A DNA stretch of 64,000 nt from Candidatus Poribacteria bacterium (GCA_965215265.1 OZ244048.1:2400001-2464000), one strand, 5' to 3'; counted from the first letter of the stretch, positions 45,916-55,448 are shown. Numbers and translations are program-made. Notes: generated by a model not told the origin, from the letters alone.

Positions 45916-47358
45916 ATGTTGATGATATTAATTCAGAAAGAGATTCTGCATCATGTCCTGAGCGTCCGATTTGTCTCGCTTCTGCTGATGTCTGTTTTGC
46001 TTCTCCCGCTCACGCTTTCTATCAATTACCACAAGTATAACCAGAAGCGGGTTGATTATCAAGAGGCGATGAAACGCTCACAAACAGAACTAGCGGAAAA
46101 TCCACCAAACGCGCAGGATCCAAATACGGAAGTTTCCCAGTTGTTTCTTAAACCTACACCGTTGAGCACCTTCGCAAACGGTTTAGAGATGGCACTGCCT
46201 ACCTATCTTGGACTGACGCGCAATGGAGTACGGCAGGGGTCAACGGGGCTTGCACAGGCATCCGTCGCATACGTATTAGGAAATCTTGATTTCCTGTTTA
46301 TTGTCGGGACTGTTTTCAGTCTACTGGCACTTCTATTTACCTTTGATGCTGTCGCAGGGGAAAGAGAGGCGGGAACACTTCGGATAAACCTATCAAACCC
46401 CCTTCCACGAGATGTGTTTTTGTGGAGCAAACTCATCGGTGGATACATTGTGTTCGTGGTTCCATTCTTGGTATCTTTCCTCTTGGGGCTACTCCTTATC
46501 ACTTTGCAGGGGTTCCCTTTGGGCGAGTTTGAAGTCGTCTCCTCCGTGTTCTGTCTCACGATGGCCGCGTTGCTCTATATTGCTGTCTTTTTTGCAATAG
46601 GGGTGTTTATCTCAACCTATTTTGACGATGCCAAGACCGCTTTGATTGTTGCTTTTACGTTTTGGGTGTTTGTTGTACTCGTCGCACCACGGGGAGGGTT
46701 TGTCATCGCTAAACTTGTTGCCCCTACCCGAACACAACAGACTTTTTATATGGAAAAAAGAGCACTTCGTAATAACCTGACCAGAGATAAGGAAGACAAG
46801 ATTGGAAAAAGAATAACTGAAACCATGGCTGTGGGGGGCAGTGTTAATCTTATGCTAAACGATCAAGCAACGCAAAGAAGACTTGATGAACTCAGAACCC
46901 CCATTGAAGAGGAGTTTCGACTGAAGTTCCAGAATCAATTGGCTAAGATTAACAGGGAATATCAGCGCGAAAAGGAGAGGCAAGAACAACTGGGCGAGAT
47001 GCTTTCCCGGCTCTCACCTACCTCTTCCTTCTCTTATATTGCTACAAACCTAACGCAAACCGGTAGGTTAAAAAGGGACCTCTACTTTCAAACGGGTGAA
47101 AGGTATTACAAGCAACTTGAGAATACGTATTTCAGCGATTTTTCAGACGGTGATTTTACGCAGCTGCTCCAGTTGGCTGCTCGGATGGATTCGGCTAATA
47201 AATCAGAAAAAACAGAAATCCTGCCTCCACCAACGTTGACGGAACCCGATATATTCACAACTGTGCTTCGTTCTTCTGCAGATGTGTGCCTACTCGCTTT
47301 CTTCACCTTGGCGTTTATAACAGGAGCTTTTCTGAAATTCTTCCGTTCCGATATTTGA
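45916..47358 (+). CDS. ABC-2 type transporter permease subunit
   Basis: LIQKE, FDAVAGEREAGTLR..LSNP.PR...SKL, RLSP and C-terminal FFRSDI. Confidence 0.85.
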   Translation: MLMILIQKEILHHVLSVRFVSLLLMSVLLLPLTLSINYHKYNQKRVDYQEAMKRSQTELAENPPNAQDPNTEVSQLFLKPTPLSTFANGLEMALPTYLGLTRNGVRQGSTGLAQASVAYVLGNLDFLFIVGTVFSLLALLFTFDAVAGEREAGTLRINLSNPLPRDVFLWSKLIGGYIVFVVPFLVSFLLGLLLITLQGFPLGEFEVVSSVFCLTMAALLYIAVFFAIGVFISTYFDDAKTALIVAFTFWVFVVLVAPRGGFVIAKLVAPTRTQQTFYMEKRALRNNLTRDKEDKIGKRITETMAVGGSVNLMLNDQATQRRLDELRTPIEEEFRLKFQNQLAKINREYQREKERQEQLGEMLSRLSPTSSFSYIATNLTQTGRLKRDLYFQTGERYYKQLENTYFSDFSDGDFTQLLQLAARMDSANKSEKTEILPPPTLTEPDIFTTVLRSSADVCLLAFFTLAFITGAFLKFFRSDI

Positions 47359-47441
47359 AGCACTCTTCGGGCACCTAAAGGAAATTTGATAAGGATTTTA
47401 ATATATTAAAGTGTTCAGGTTTGCCGTGGTGTGAAAGCGAG

Positions 47442-47497
47442 TGTGCCCATCTCGTCGGAGCAACCTTGGCCAAGATGTCTCCGACGAGATGGGCACA
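47442..47497. repeat. Perfect 19-bp inverted repeat related to the MITE inner ends
   Basis: TGTGCCCATCTCGTCGGAG ... CTCCGACGAGATGGGCACA; a half-site-like relative lies near 5692. Confidence 0.75.
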
Positions 47498-47546
47498 TAC
47501 AGTTTCACACCCTGTGATGCCTTATCGCTACCGTATACAAAAAAGG

Positions 47547-47711
47547 ATGCAATCGATTATTTTGTGCGGCGGGCTCGCCACACGGCGGGGAAACTATCCG
47601 TATCTTGAAACACCTATCGACGGCTTATCTGTCCGATTTGCCACGAACCCCCGTTCACTTGCTCCTGATAGTTCAGAACATGGGAGTTGGCGCTTCAATC
47701 TCCGGGAATAG
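47547..47711 (+). pseudogene. Nucleotidyltransferase N-terminal remnant
   Basis: AAGG RBS, then MQSIILCGGLATR (NTP_transferase glycine-rich motif) fused to a short unrelated tail. Confidence 0.55.
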
Positions 47712-47873
47712 AACACAAACAGACCGCAGTAAAATCTTGTGCAAAAAAGAGCGGCAATCTGGTAAAATAGGGAGGGTGCTATCTCTCTGTTATTTTCAAA
47801 GAGATGCTACCGTTAGAAATGTTAATTTGTGTGCTCTTACGGTTCTATAGGTAAAATTGGAGGTAGGAAACTG

Positions 47874-48692
47874 ATGAGTGAGAAAAAGTATTTGCTCAAT
47901 ACAGAACAGATGGCGAATTTCGTAGCGGATGGCTACCTGCGCTTTGATGAATTAATCCCGCGCGAATTAAACGAAGCTGCACATGCGGAAATGGAATCCG
48001 GTGTGATTGTGCGTGGCCGGGGCGGCACGGTGTTAGACGAAGTCTGGGACGATGGCTCCGCTGTCGGACAGGTTTTCCGTATGCCGGAGGTGCAGGGCAT
48101 TATCCAGAGTCTTGTCGGCGAAAATCCGCTCTATGACCATCATGCGGTTCACATTGTGCGTCCTCAGAACGAGATGGGTCAAATTTGGCATGCGGATGCC
48201 ATCATCGACTTGCGGATGCACTTTGATATCCAATTCTTCTATTTCTCGCATGACACGCCGCGCGAAATGGGTGGTACGATGATTTTGCCGGGCAGTCACT
48301 ATCGCCGTGTCTGCGAAACGGACATCGCCCGCTACCAAAACTTTCTCGGTCAGCTTCCTGTTGTCTGCAAGGCAGGTACGCTGCTGGTAGTGCATCACGG
48401 GATGTGGCACTGTGCGCAGCCGAATCTCACGGACTGGACGCGCTACATGTTCAAGCTGCGGCTCAATCCGACCGTGCGCCAACTCCGTCTCTGGAATACA
48501 GATGAGTTGGAGACAGCCGGTATCCACGGTATTCTTGGACGGAACCATAGATGGTATGGGAACGATGTTCGGCTTGAGATTGTCAACCGGATTAAGCAGT
48601 GGCGTTTCTTGATTGGCGATGACTCGTTTGATGTGAGTTACTGGTTATCTCGCCTAGAAAATATGCCGGAGAACACGCGTGACGCTGCCTAG
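47874..48692 (+). CDS. Phytanoyl-CoA dioxygenase (PhyH)-family protein
   Basis: FVADGYL, WHAD, GGTMILPGSH and AGT....H..MWH; GGAGG RBS. Confidence 0.85.
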   Translation: MSEKKYLLNTEQMANFVADGYLRFDELIPRELNEAAHAEMESGVIVRGRGGTVLDEVWDDGSAVGQVFRMPEVQGIIQSLVGENPLYDHHAVHIVRPQNEMGQIWHADAIIDLRMHFDIQFFYFSHDTPREMGGTMILPGSHYRRVCETDIARYQNFLGQLPVVCKAGTLLVVHHGMWHCAQPNLTDWTRYMFKLRLNPTVRQLRLWNTDELETAGIHGILGRNHRWYGNDVRLEIVNRIKQWRFLIGDDSFDVSYWLSRLENMPENTRDAA

Positions 48693-48732
48693 TTGAAAGG
48701 TGAATGGGGCGGGATGTGCTTTCGGGCGTATA

Positions 48733-48764
48733 AGTAGGCGCGAAAAAAAACGCGCCTACGCCTA
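48733..48764. terminator. GTAG-type hairpin between convergent genes
   Basis: GTAGGCGCG-A8-CGCGCCTAC. Confidence 0.55.
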
Positions 48765-48794
48765 CAAGTTGAAGTTTTTGATGACTCACTAGAA

Positions 48795-49637
48795 CTAGCG
48801 GTCTCGCCTTCTCCTATTCGCTCTTCTTTCACGTGCTTCCTTTCTTCTAATTTCGACCTGTTCTCTCATTTCTGCTTCTTTCTCCTTGAATTCCTCCATC
48901 ATCCGTTCGCGTTCTTCTTTAGAAGCGTTCTGGAACTTCTCTGCCATTTCCGCCTTCATTTTTTGCAGGTTTGCTCGTCCGCGATCCGCTGCGTTGGCAT
49001 TGGCGTTACCTCTTTCGTTGGTTTTATTTTCGCCTGCTTGTTGAGTGCGTGGGTTACCGCCCTTTCCCGTACCACGTGATGCGGAGAGAAACTGCAGGGA
49101 GCTCGTTTTCAACGTTAACGGCTTCCCGGCCTGGTCCAACGTAATCTGTTTGGCTTGGATATCCGTGACGGTGACCTCACCGATTTTTTCACCGATGGTG
49201 ACAACGTGATACTGATTAGATCTTTTCTCTAGTACAATTGCCTGTGCAATTGTGCTGTTTGTATCAACGACGGTACCAATCAGTGAGTATTGCGGTTCTG
49301 ATTTTTTGGGTGCCCAGCCGAGCGGTCTAAAGAGATTGTAGTCAATAATAACACGATAAAATTCAGCGTGTTTACCGTAGTCAATTTTCCTACTGCTTGT
49401 CCGGTTGCGTGCTCGAGCCTGTTGTGGAATGCCTTTTCTCGCTGCCAAGGCTTTCTGCCTGGATGCCATGGCTTTCTGTTTTGCGGTGCTGAATTCCGGC
49501 TTTGTGGCTATTACATCTTCTTTCGCCTGATTTTGTGCATGGATGTGCAGTGCCAAAACCAGAAACAGGCATATTACACAGCCGAGCGCGACTTTCAATA
49601 AATATCTGGAATTAGCAAGTTTCAATCGCGGATTCAT
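48795..49637 (-). CDS. GspC/PilP-like domain protein with charged helical tail
   Basis: N-terminal TM; NLFRP...YSLIGTV....AIV......VTIGEKIGEVTVTDI....ITL pattern of the T2SS-C/PilP HR domain. Confidence 0.6.
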   Translation of the reverse strand: MNPRLKLANSRYLLKVALGCVICLFLVLALHIHAQNQAKEDVIATKPEFSTAKQKAMASRQKALAARKGIPQQARARNRTSSRKIDYGKHAEFYRVIIDYNLFRPLGWAPKKSEPQYSLIGTVVDTNSTIAQAIVLEKRSNQYHVVTIGEKIGEVTVTDIQAKQITLDQAGKPLTLKTSSLQFLSASRGTGKGGNPRTQQAGENKTNERGNANANAADRGRANLQKMKAEMAEKFQNASKEERERMMEEFKEKEAEMREQVEIRRKEARERRANRRRRDR

Positions 49638-50050
49638 TTTTCCCTCCTATGTGGGTGGCATTGCAGGTATAACGAACGACACAATATACGTTTGACGACC
49701 ACAACAAGCAGGACTTTTTGCCAATAGACGCTTATTAGCATCTCATACAAGAGATGTGACGTGTTGACTGAGCAAAAAGTTCGTCACAAAATGCTACTCA
49801 ATTATATCACATCTTTTGTTAGAAGTCAAATTTGGGTGCCATAATAGAATTAGCACAGTTTCTGTGCTTTCTCATATTGTGAGAAAGAAAGCGCCGAGAT
49901 TTCCATTGTGATTGATAATGATGCGCTCAAGCAACGAGTTACCGAGTTTGCCGAGCCTGTCGAAAAAAAACGCGCTGTGCACTTTGTGTCGGGAACTTGC
50001 AAAACGGTCAGAGGCATGCTTCAAAGTCATTAGCACTTTAGGATGTTGCC

Positions 50051-51331
50051 CTACGACCGGTCTATCTGATTTCCCCTTCGTTCTAACATGCTGCTGGCGG
50101 GTTCATCATCAGGATTTTGCGAGACGAGTTTACCAGAGAAGGCGTGCTTGAGAATCGACTGCCGCAGCCGTTCGGCGCGTCTGCTTTCTGCCGCAAGCGT
50201 CGCCTCAACCTCATCTACGATGGAGAAGTGGTGCTCAACTTCGGAGACGATGCGGCGTTGTTCCGGGAGGGGCGGAAGGGGGATTGGGGCCTTCTCTAAA
50301 AATTGGAAATGTCTTGCATATCCTTTGTCTGGAAGTGGAATCGCTTGCGTAAAATAATAGAATAGCTTAGGCTCATACATTTCTTGAGGTTTAATGACTT
50401 TTATTCCGTCGGCTCCGGCGACAAAATCAAAATTTACATATTTGATAGCTTTGGTATGGTCTCCGAAAACTATAGCAGGCAGTTGACATTCAACTCTGAG
50501 ATTTTCGTTATCGGTATATCCACCGATAAAAGATAATCCCTGATCTATAACAGGAAGTTTTCCGCTGGCTTGATAGTCTCTTTTTTTTACTTTTTTCCCG
50601 CTTACGGATACCTTATTTATGACGTGCCCAACCTGTGTCCAGACCCACCCGTTTGGCAAATCAGACGAATGACTTGTTGCTTGAAGAGGATCCAAACGCG
50701 CTTCGCGCCATTCCTTTGTGAGTTCGCCTTCAAAGGCGGCTTTGAGGAGGGAGCGGCGATACCTTTTCAGTTGTGCTTGTGCTTGTTTGAGGGCATCAAC
50801 GCCTGCGTCTAATTGTGTAAACAGCGCGTCCAACTTAGCAACGATACGACGTTGTTCCGGGAGTGGGGGCAGGGGGATTGGAATTCGTTTAAGTTTGCTT
50901 GCATTTACATTTGGGAGGGTGATGCCTGCTTTTTCTTCTGAGAGGGTTTGCCAATAAAATGGACTCTGTAAGAAAAACGCGAGATAATTTTCATCAATTA
51001 TTGATAACGGGCGGAACCGAATGAGGTATGAGGCAAACACAGCATTTTGCGGGTTTTTAAGCAGATAACTGTAGCCAATAGAGCCGGCTCGTGAAATGAC
51101 AATATCCCCTGTTTTTAGCAGGTATTTTTCGCTTTTTGGTGGTTCAACTTCGCAGAATGGGACGGTTTCCCAATTGACATTTCCGGAGGTAATATCGGTT
51201 GTTCTAAGTAGATGCAGGGTTCCCTGTGGACTTGCCTTAGTTGTCCAACCGTATTGTGGAGTTGAGCAAACATTTTGAAGTGTTGTCCACACCCATCCGT
51301 TTGGCAAATCATTAGAAAATGGAGTTAGCAT
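50051..51331 (-). CDS. hsdS: Type I restriction-modification specificity subunit
   Basis: Two LPNGWVWT and two PIPLPPLPEQRRIV conserved regions flanking two TRDs; LLKAAFEGEL and ILKHAFSGKLV..DEPAS. Start placed at the ATG at 51331. Confidence 0.93.
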   Translation of the reverse strand: MLTPFSNDLPNGWVWTTLQNVCSTPQYGWTTKASPQGTLHLLRTTDITSGNVNWETVPFCEVEPPKSEKYLLKTGDIVISRAGSIGYSYLLKNPQNAVFASYLIRFRPLSIIDENYLAFFLQSPFYWQTLSEEKAGITLPNVNASKLKRIPIPLPPLPEQRRIVAKLDALFTQLDAGVDALKQAQAQLKRYRRSLLKAAFEGELTKEWREARLDPLQATSHSSDLPNGWVWTQVGHVINKVSVSGKKVKKRDYQASGKLPVIDQGLSFIGGYTDNENLRVECQLPAIVFGDHTKAIKYVNFDFVAGADGIKVIKPQEMYEPKLFYYFTQAIPLPDKGYARHFQFLEKAPIPLPPLPEQRRIVSEVEHHFSIVDEVEATLAAESRRAERLRQSILKHAFSGKLVSQNPDDEPASSMLERRGNQIDRS

Positions 51332-51520
51332 TTGTGATTTCCTTAGCGATACCGAGCATGAAGCGGCCGCCTTCTTGCGGAGGCAGAGATGCACAGCTTC
51401 CTGCTTTGTGTAAGCGTTTTAATCCGATTAAAGCGAGGGCTTGTAAGATGCTGTCGCAGCTTATACTGTCTAGGGCTTATTGACGAACTGATTTCCACGG
51501 GTTTCGGGTAATAAGAGACG

Positions 51521-51597
51521 GTGTTATTAACGTTAAGCCCACTTAACGTTAATAAGAATTGTGTTATTAACGTTAAACCCACTTAACGTTAATAAGA
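51521..51597. repeat. Two tandem 40-bp-period units, each a perfect 13-bp inverted repeat
   Basis: TTATTAACGTTAA-(G/A)CCCAC-TTAACGTTAATAA twice, giving four TTAACGTTAA palindromes. Confidence 0.9.
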
Positions 51598-51664
51598 GAC
51601 GGAACTCCGTTGCAACAGCTTTATGTTAAGTTTAGCATAAAGTTGATTTGGATGCAATTCGGGT

Positions 51665-51868
51665 TTAGGAGACTAACTGTTGCGTGAGGTCCTTTAATAT
51701 TGTCTCTAACTCATGCTCGAAGAGTTGGTAGACTTTGGCTCCGTTTCCGCGTGCTGCAAAAGGTGCGTATTCAAAATCGGCTATGCGGATGTCAAGCGAA
51801 ATGGCGATGTGCTCGCGTATCATCTCAAGCCATGTGTGTTGTTCTTCGGTGAAGGTCTGCGCGGTGAC
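51665..51868 (-). pseudogene. hsdR: Type I restriction subunit HsdR C-terminal remnant
   Basis: The minus strand reads TFTEEQHTWLEMIREHIAISLDIRIADFEYAPFAARG...LFEHELETILKDLTQQLVS*, an EcoEI-R C-terminal-like pattern. No start or N-terminal part is present. Confidence 0.75.
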
Positions 51869-52300
51869 TAATTGTGAAATTGTCGGTTGACGGTTGCGGT
51901 GATCGGAGATTCGCAGGAGAAGGTAGTGACCTAAAGGTCAATACCTTACCTACGAAAAGGCTCTCGAGAAAGGTGTTGTCCGGTGGCGAACCGCATCAAG
52001 GCGCAGATCAACTCTTTTAGACTGAACGAAAGATGTTTTGACGGAGGTGAAATTTATGTTTTTAATATGCTACGATCCAGCTCTTGAATGTTGAGAAGTT
52101 TTTCTGATAATTTCAAGTTTTTTTTGTGGGATCCGATAAAAATTGAAAAAAATGTAAGATGAGGTATAAACTTTTACAAGTTCATCTTTATACGTTATAA
52201 TATAGGTGAAGAGGCAGCTAACGCGAACGAACTGATGCAATGGACGTATCAGCGTGACGCATGTAATCTTAACTCTTCACATGAAATAGGAGAAAGAGAA

Positions 52301-53170
52301 ATGTATAGGTGGCTTTGGTTAATTTGCGTTTTCACGGTGCTTTTTTCTATTGGAATTGTAATATATCTCGAGTTTGACAAAAGGAACTTTGAAAACAGTC
52401 TTCCGAACGTGCAGCACCTTGTTGAACAGAAGCAGCATGAGCAGCGCTTGGATGACACGACTCACAAGGTGACAGTCCCTTCTGAGGACACCGTAAAAAA
52501 AGAGGTATCTGATGATTACGATTGGCAAAGCGATGATGAGGCAGCCGACATCAAAGCAGACAAAGATCCGTGGGCCCAGTTAAGTTCACTAGATGCTGAT
52601 ACGGTGGAAGACGGATCCGAGGAGCAATACCCACCTCAAGGTTGGTGGCGTACACTTGACCCTGAGTTATATGCCGAATATTGTCGTGCACAACTCATCA
52701 AACAGTTTAGTGATGTGCCACAAATTGAGAGTCTCGCAGATGCGATTGCGGCTGGAAGGGCTAAGTTAAGGGCATACATACCGAGGACACTTGATGAATC
52801 AATAGCACAGGCGGAGGCAACGTATGTCCTATGGCCTCATGAGGATACTCTGAGGACCATTGAACATCTACACGAAATTAGGGCATCAGGACAACCTTAT
52901 AATCCAACCTATGGTCCTCGGATCAGACCTCCAGAAAATCCGGTTCAGCATCTGGAGCCGGTTCTTCTCCCGCTAATAAAAGAATATGGCGAGCTAGAAG
53001 GGATTAGAGTCTTCAAAACTCTTGATCCGCACGGGGCAATGGAGTTAAAACACGCTATGATGCAGGATGCCATAACGGTTGGTGAGACAAATCCGGGGTA
53101 TTATGAGGCAAAGATGAAGGCGATAGAAGAAGCCTTCGGTGACATAGATGTCTATGCTCCGGAAGACTAG
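52301..53170 (+). CDS. Uncharacterised single-TM protein ('YGxxEG..DP' family)
   Basis: AGGAG RBS, N-terminal TM, acidic linker, C-terminal EYGELEGIRVFKTLDP. Confidence 0.72.
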   Translation: MYRWLWLICVFTVLFSIGIVIYLEFDKRNFENSLPNVQHLVEQKQHEQRLDDTTHKVTVPSEDTVKKEVSDDYDWQSDDEAADIKADKDPWAQLSSLDADTVEDGSEEQYPPQGWWRTLDPELYAEYCRAQLIKQFSDVPQIESLADAIAAGRAKLRAYIPRTLDESIAQAEATYVLWPHEDTLRTIEHLHEIRASGQPYNPTYGPRIRPPENPVQHLEPVLLPLIKEYGELEGIRVFKTLDPHGAMELKHAMMQDAITVGETNPGYYEAKMKAIEEAFGDIDVYAPED

Positions 53171-53285
53171 GCGGCATGCTGTTTAGATGATCTGTGCCGG
53201 AGGGTAGATGCCATTGGCATTTCCTACAGTTAAAGAAGTGCCAATGGCACACCCCGTGCGATGCTTGACTGGAGGAATTTCAGAA

Positions 53286-53780
53286 GTGAAAACCATCCGA
53301 ACAATATCACATGTCGTGAAATGGGTACTCTTGTGCTCAATTCTGTTTATAGCCTTCTGGATCCGAATTCAAGGGGTTTCCAACATCCCAACTGGGCAGT
53401 TTACTGAAACCGATGCCTATCTGTATTATTGGCAGGCAGAGCTAGTTAATGATACTCTGTATAGAGATTTGGCGGTTTCTCACCGTAGAAAAAGAGGAGC
53501 ATCTAGCGGAGTACCTCTTATGGACATCAATATTTGTGCCAACGCTCTTCCTCGCGTCCCCTGCTTATCGTAATGGGCAGGGCTTTTCTACACATTTAAC
53601 GGCCTTGTTACTTATCCCACCTTTAGTCGTTTTGGTGCTGCGGTTTTTTCGGCTTATGCTGCAACTAAACGAGGGGCTCTTAAAATGGCACCGGTCCCAC
53701 GCGTGAAGCATCACGTTTCTGCTGACGCTACTCAGTCTCGCTGCCGGGGTATCTACTTTTTGAGTCAGCAAGACACTTTC
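53286..53780 (+). pseudogene. STT3-like oligosaccharyltransferase remnant
   Basis: FWIRIQG...FTETDAYLYYWQAELV matches the N-terminus of the 28106 protein (IRTAN...GTDAYHFLRQAELI). It is followed by out-of-frame TM fragments and has no WWDYG domain. Confidence 0.7.
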
Positions 53781-53835
53781 GACTTAAGTACCGTCCCGTT
53801 GTGATGATCTTTAGATTCATAACAGAGAAAAACTC

Positions 53836-53895
53836 CGGCGAGGTTTGTAAAGGTTTTAATAGAGCAGCAGCCTTTATAGGGCTGAAATATACAAA
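53836..53895. repeat. Single MITE-like arm
   Basis: CCGGCGAGGTTTGTAAAGGTTTTAATAGAGCAGCAGCCTTTATAGGGCTGAAATATACAAA. Confidence 0.68.
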
Positions 53896-53898
53896 CAC

Positions 53899-53928
53899 TT
53901 GACTTTTTTCAACGCATTGGAGTATAAT
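53899..53928 (+). promoter_or_regulatory. Sigma-70 promoter, probably giving a leaderless rpn transcript
   Basis: TTGACT-18 nt-TATAAT, with the ATG 6 nt downstream at 53935. Confidence 0.55.
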
Positions 53929-54578
53929 AACTTTATGGCACAGGACTATGATAATATGGCAAAAGAGCTGTTGACGGAGCATGCCCACGACATCTCACGG
54001 TTTATACTCGGGGTGGACAATGTTCAGGTGCTTGAAAACCTTGACACCGAACAACAAGTGGTTATCGGGCAGCGTGTCGATAGCACCAAGCGTATCCGCG
54101 TTGATAACGAGGAGGCTATCTTACACATAGAGTTGCAGGTGCGAGATAGCACACCCAAACCGATGTGGGCGCGAACCGCAGCGTATCACGGGTATCTGCT
54201 TGGGGAATACCAGCTGCCGTGCCGGTGTATTCGAATGTGCTGTACTTTCATCCGTCAGCGGGTAGAAGGGATGGGGGTGTGTATGAATATAGTCTGTGTG
54301 GCTACGCCTATCGGTTGCGGTATAAGGTTATCCGTCTGATAGAAGTAGAAGGTGAATCTATTTTAGCGTTGGCTGCGCCTGGGCTGTTGCCGTTCACGCC
54401 GTTGATGAAACCGCCCGGGGGTTTGGAGTCAGCGGCTTGGCTTCAAAGATGTATAACCGCGACGACAGGTACGGATTTGGATGAGGGGGCGCAAGGGGAT
54501 TTACTGTGTGCGCTGTCGGTTTTCGGGGGTATTGTGCATGACGCGTCGCTTTTCAAACGTCTGATACCGGAGGGACTG

Positions 54579-54911
54579 ATGCGAGAATCTAAATATTTCC
54601 AACTGTTACGCGATGAATTTATCGCACAAGGCATAGAACAAGGTATAGAACAAGGTATGGAACGAGGTATAGAACAAGGTATGGAACGAGGCATAGAACA
54701 AGGTATGGAACGAGGCATAGAACAAGGACGCGCTAAAGGACACATCGAGGCTATCTTAGATATCCTTGAGACGCGTTTCCATCCTGGGGCGGTGCACCTC
54801 TTAAAACCGTCTCTGGAAGCCGTCCAAGACATCGAGCGCCTCAAGCACTTATGCCAAGCCGCCGCCACCGCTGAGAACCTTGAGACGTTCATGCAGCACT
54901 TCACCGAATAA
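54579..54911 (+). CDS. Putative internally initiated small Rpn C-terminal protein (RpnS-like)
   Basis: GGAGG followed by an in-frame ATG (MRESKYFQLL...), 110 aa, unaffected by the upstream frameshift. Confidence 0.55.
   Translation: MRESKYFQLLRDEFIAQGIEQGIEQGMERGIEQGMERGIEQGMERGIEQGRAKGHIEAILDILETRFHPGAVHLLKPSLEAVQDIERLKHLCQAAATAENLETFMQHFTE
54627..54728 (+). repeat. 12-bp coding tandem repeat (GIEQ/GMER)
   Basis: C(A/G)AGG(C/T)AT(A/G)GAA units, about 8 copies. Confidence 0.9.
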
Positions 54912-54980
54912 AGTGGTGCCGCTGAGACAACCCAACGCCTACTCGCACACGGCGGAATCGCCCCTCTGTTTACACACGGC

Positions 54981-55133
54981 ATGCTCGTTCGGACACTGTC
55001 GCTCGGGCATCAGCAGGCGGGGTTTTACCGGGCTCCGGCCCGTGCCGCGTATTGGGATGGCCGGAACGCCGTCGGGGAGCCGGTGGCGAGCGGTGTCTAT
55101 TTCTACACGCTCACCGCGAGGGATTTCACCGCA
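54981..55133 (+). pseudogene. FlgD-Ig / T9SS type A sorting-domain-like C-terminal remnant
   Basis: LVRTLSLGHQQAGFY....RAAYWDGRN.VGEPVASGVYFYTLTA.DFTA with no upstream body; the terminal residues are replaced. Confidence 0.75.
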
Positions 55134-55448
55134 GACACCGCCCGCTGCTACCCCAACAACAGACAAAAAGTCACTGATGTGGGATTTACCGGTTTCGGGT
55201 TTCTCTAACCCACTGCTTTTCTCACACTTTTCCAAACAAAAACCTTTCACCACAAACCTTCAAAAAAAAAGGGGGTAAGTGAGTTAGCACTTTTACGTTG
55301 TTTTTTTTTGCCAATACTTGTATAATATAATAGAGGATAGTTCGTAATGTTGGTATGCTCTAGAATTTTTGATTGAGGCATGCCAAGCATTCGTAGGAAA
55401 AATTAGATTTTTTTCGACGCGGAATCTGCTGTGAAGGAGGCGAAAGCT

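Larger units (their letters stand above)
53935..54911 (+). pseudogene. Rpn/YhgA-like PD-(D/E)xK nuclease, frameshifted
   Basis: YDNMAKEL, RVD...ILHIELQ....M..R...Y, GLLPFTPLM and MRES; a TGCCG duplication near 54215-54224 shifts the frame; G(I/M)E(Q/R) repeats. Confidence 0.82.

Noticed and set aside
51521-51597. Possible mini-CRISPR array
   Set aside because: Only two units separated by 3 nt, with no spacers of CRISPR length and no cas genes.
54627-54728. 12-bp tandem repeat as CRISPR or regulatory array
   Set aside because: It is an in-frame coding repeat typical of Rpn-family C-termini.
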